59,703 nt of DNA, from contig CAYPXJ010000001.1 in assembly GCA_964414595.1 (NCBI GenBank), positions 53,443 through 113,145 of the forward strand. The letters run 5' to 3'. Source of the DNA: an uncultured Rickettsiales bacterium. Lineage in GTDB: Bacteria; Pseudomonadota; Alphaproteobacteria; Rickettsiales; CAIJLX01. The position numbers and the translations under genes are program-made. A model generated the notes under the pieces. It had not been told where the DNA came from. It saw only the letters and a list, made by a program, of their open reading frames with translations, and made no database searches. Shown here piece by piece: positions 59,140 to 59,703 of this stretch (its first letter is position 1; the number at the start of each line of letters is the position of its first letter).

Positions 59140-59703
59140 CTACATGTGAATTACTTTACCGTATGCGTCCAGCACCGCTTCGTGCATCATTTCGGAAAGC
59201 GTCGGGTGCGGGAAAATGGTGTGCATGAAATCTTCTTCCGTTGCTTCCATGGTTTTGCCAACCGCATAGCCTTGAATCAGCTCGGTCACTTCCGCGCCGA
59301 TCATATGCGCGCCGAGTAACTCGCCTGTTTTCGCGTCGAATACGGTTTTTACCAAACCTTCCGGCTCGCCCAGCGCGATTGCTTTGCCGTTACCAATAAA
59401 TTGGAATCGGCCTACTTTGACTTGATAGCCTTTATCCTTTGCTGCCTTTTCCGTCAGACCGATACTTGCCACCTGTGGGTGCGAATAGGTACAGCCGGGA
59501 ATCAGCTCTTTCTTCATCGGTTTTACATGCAGGCCGGCAATTTTCTCCACACAGATAATGCCTTCATGACTCGCCTTATGCGCCAGCCACGGCGCACCAA
59601 CCACGTCGCCAATCGCGTAAACGCCCGGCTCGCCGGTTTGCAGATAGGGATCAACAACGATAGGGCCTTTTTTAATTTTCACCTTGGTGCCTTCCAGCCC
59701 CAA
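59140..59703 (-). CDS. lpdA: Dihydrolipoyl dehydrogenase, C-terminal part (gene runs off the window)
   Basis: GVYAIGDV...LAHKASHEG, the dimerisation domain and HAHPTLSE-like FPHPTLSEMMHEA. Confidence 0.9.
   Translation of the reverse strand: MGLEGTKVKIKKGPIVVDPYLQTGEPGVYAIGDVVGAPWLAHKASHEGIICVEKIAGLHVKPMKKELIPGCTYSHPQVASIGLTEKAAKDKGYQVKVGRFQFIGNGKAIALGEPEGLVKTVFDAKTGELLGAHMIGAEVTELIQGYAVGKTMEATEEDFMHTIFPHPTLSEMMHEAVLDAYGKVIHM

Overview
59.7-kb window at roughly 50% GC by eye. It is densely coding: about 55 protein genes and 2 tRNA genes, with many 1-4 nt stop/start overlaps. No database search was run; all calls come from reading the supplied translations and the DNA. Gene content and local synteny fit an alphaproteobacterium: ccmD-E-F-G-H (system I cytochrome c maturation), a J-domain/cobS/cobT triad, rpoZ-spoT-pdxJ-acpS-rnc-era, rnd-xthA, mlaA/mlaC, AsmA, mutS, maeB, rpsT and lpdA. 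Bases 1-23 are Nextera adapter, so this is a short-read assembly contig end. Most of the window is housekeeping. Six things deserve a second look. (1) Both tRNA-Pro genes (CGG and UGG) carry the same odd architecture. The first 16-17 nt of the tRNA plus a homologous 69-72-nt upstream module are repeated in perfect tandem, and the two loci bracket a 4.7-kb two-gene segment (orphan 724-aa beta-helix-like protein plus a TPR/GT41 glycosyltransferase). (2) There is a type IV pilus / T2SS-like locus: PilB/GspE-like ATPase with a 180-aa disordered N-extension, a PilC/GspF-like platform protein, three divergent GspL/M/C- or PilMN/O/P-like proteins, and a permease-less ABC ATPase. No pilin, prepilin peptidase or secretin is present in the window. 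(3) That locus is split by a 268-bp element with about 30-bp terminal inverted repeats and nested internal stems. (4) ileS carries a single in-frame TAG exactly at the Met codon of the KMSKS motif. (5) Two pairs of orphan proteins and one isolated orphan gene have no recognisable family. (6) Two adjacent DegT-type aminotransferase genes sit at the contig edge. My best candidate for a genuinely undescribed system is the tRNA-Pro repeat module. The atypical pilus-like locus with its embedded structured element is second. Both are hypotheses that need searches I cannot run.
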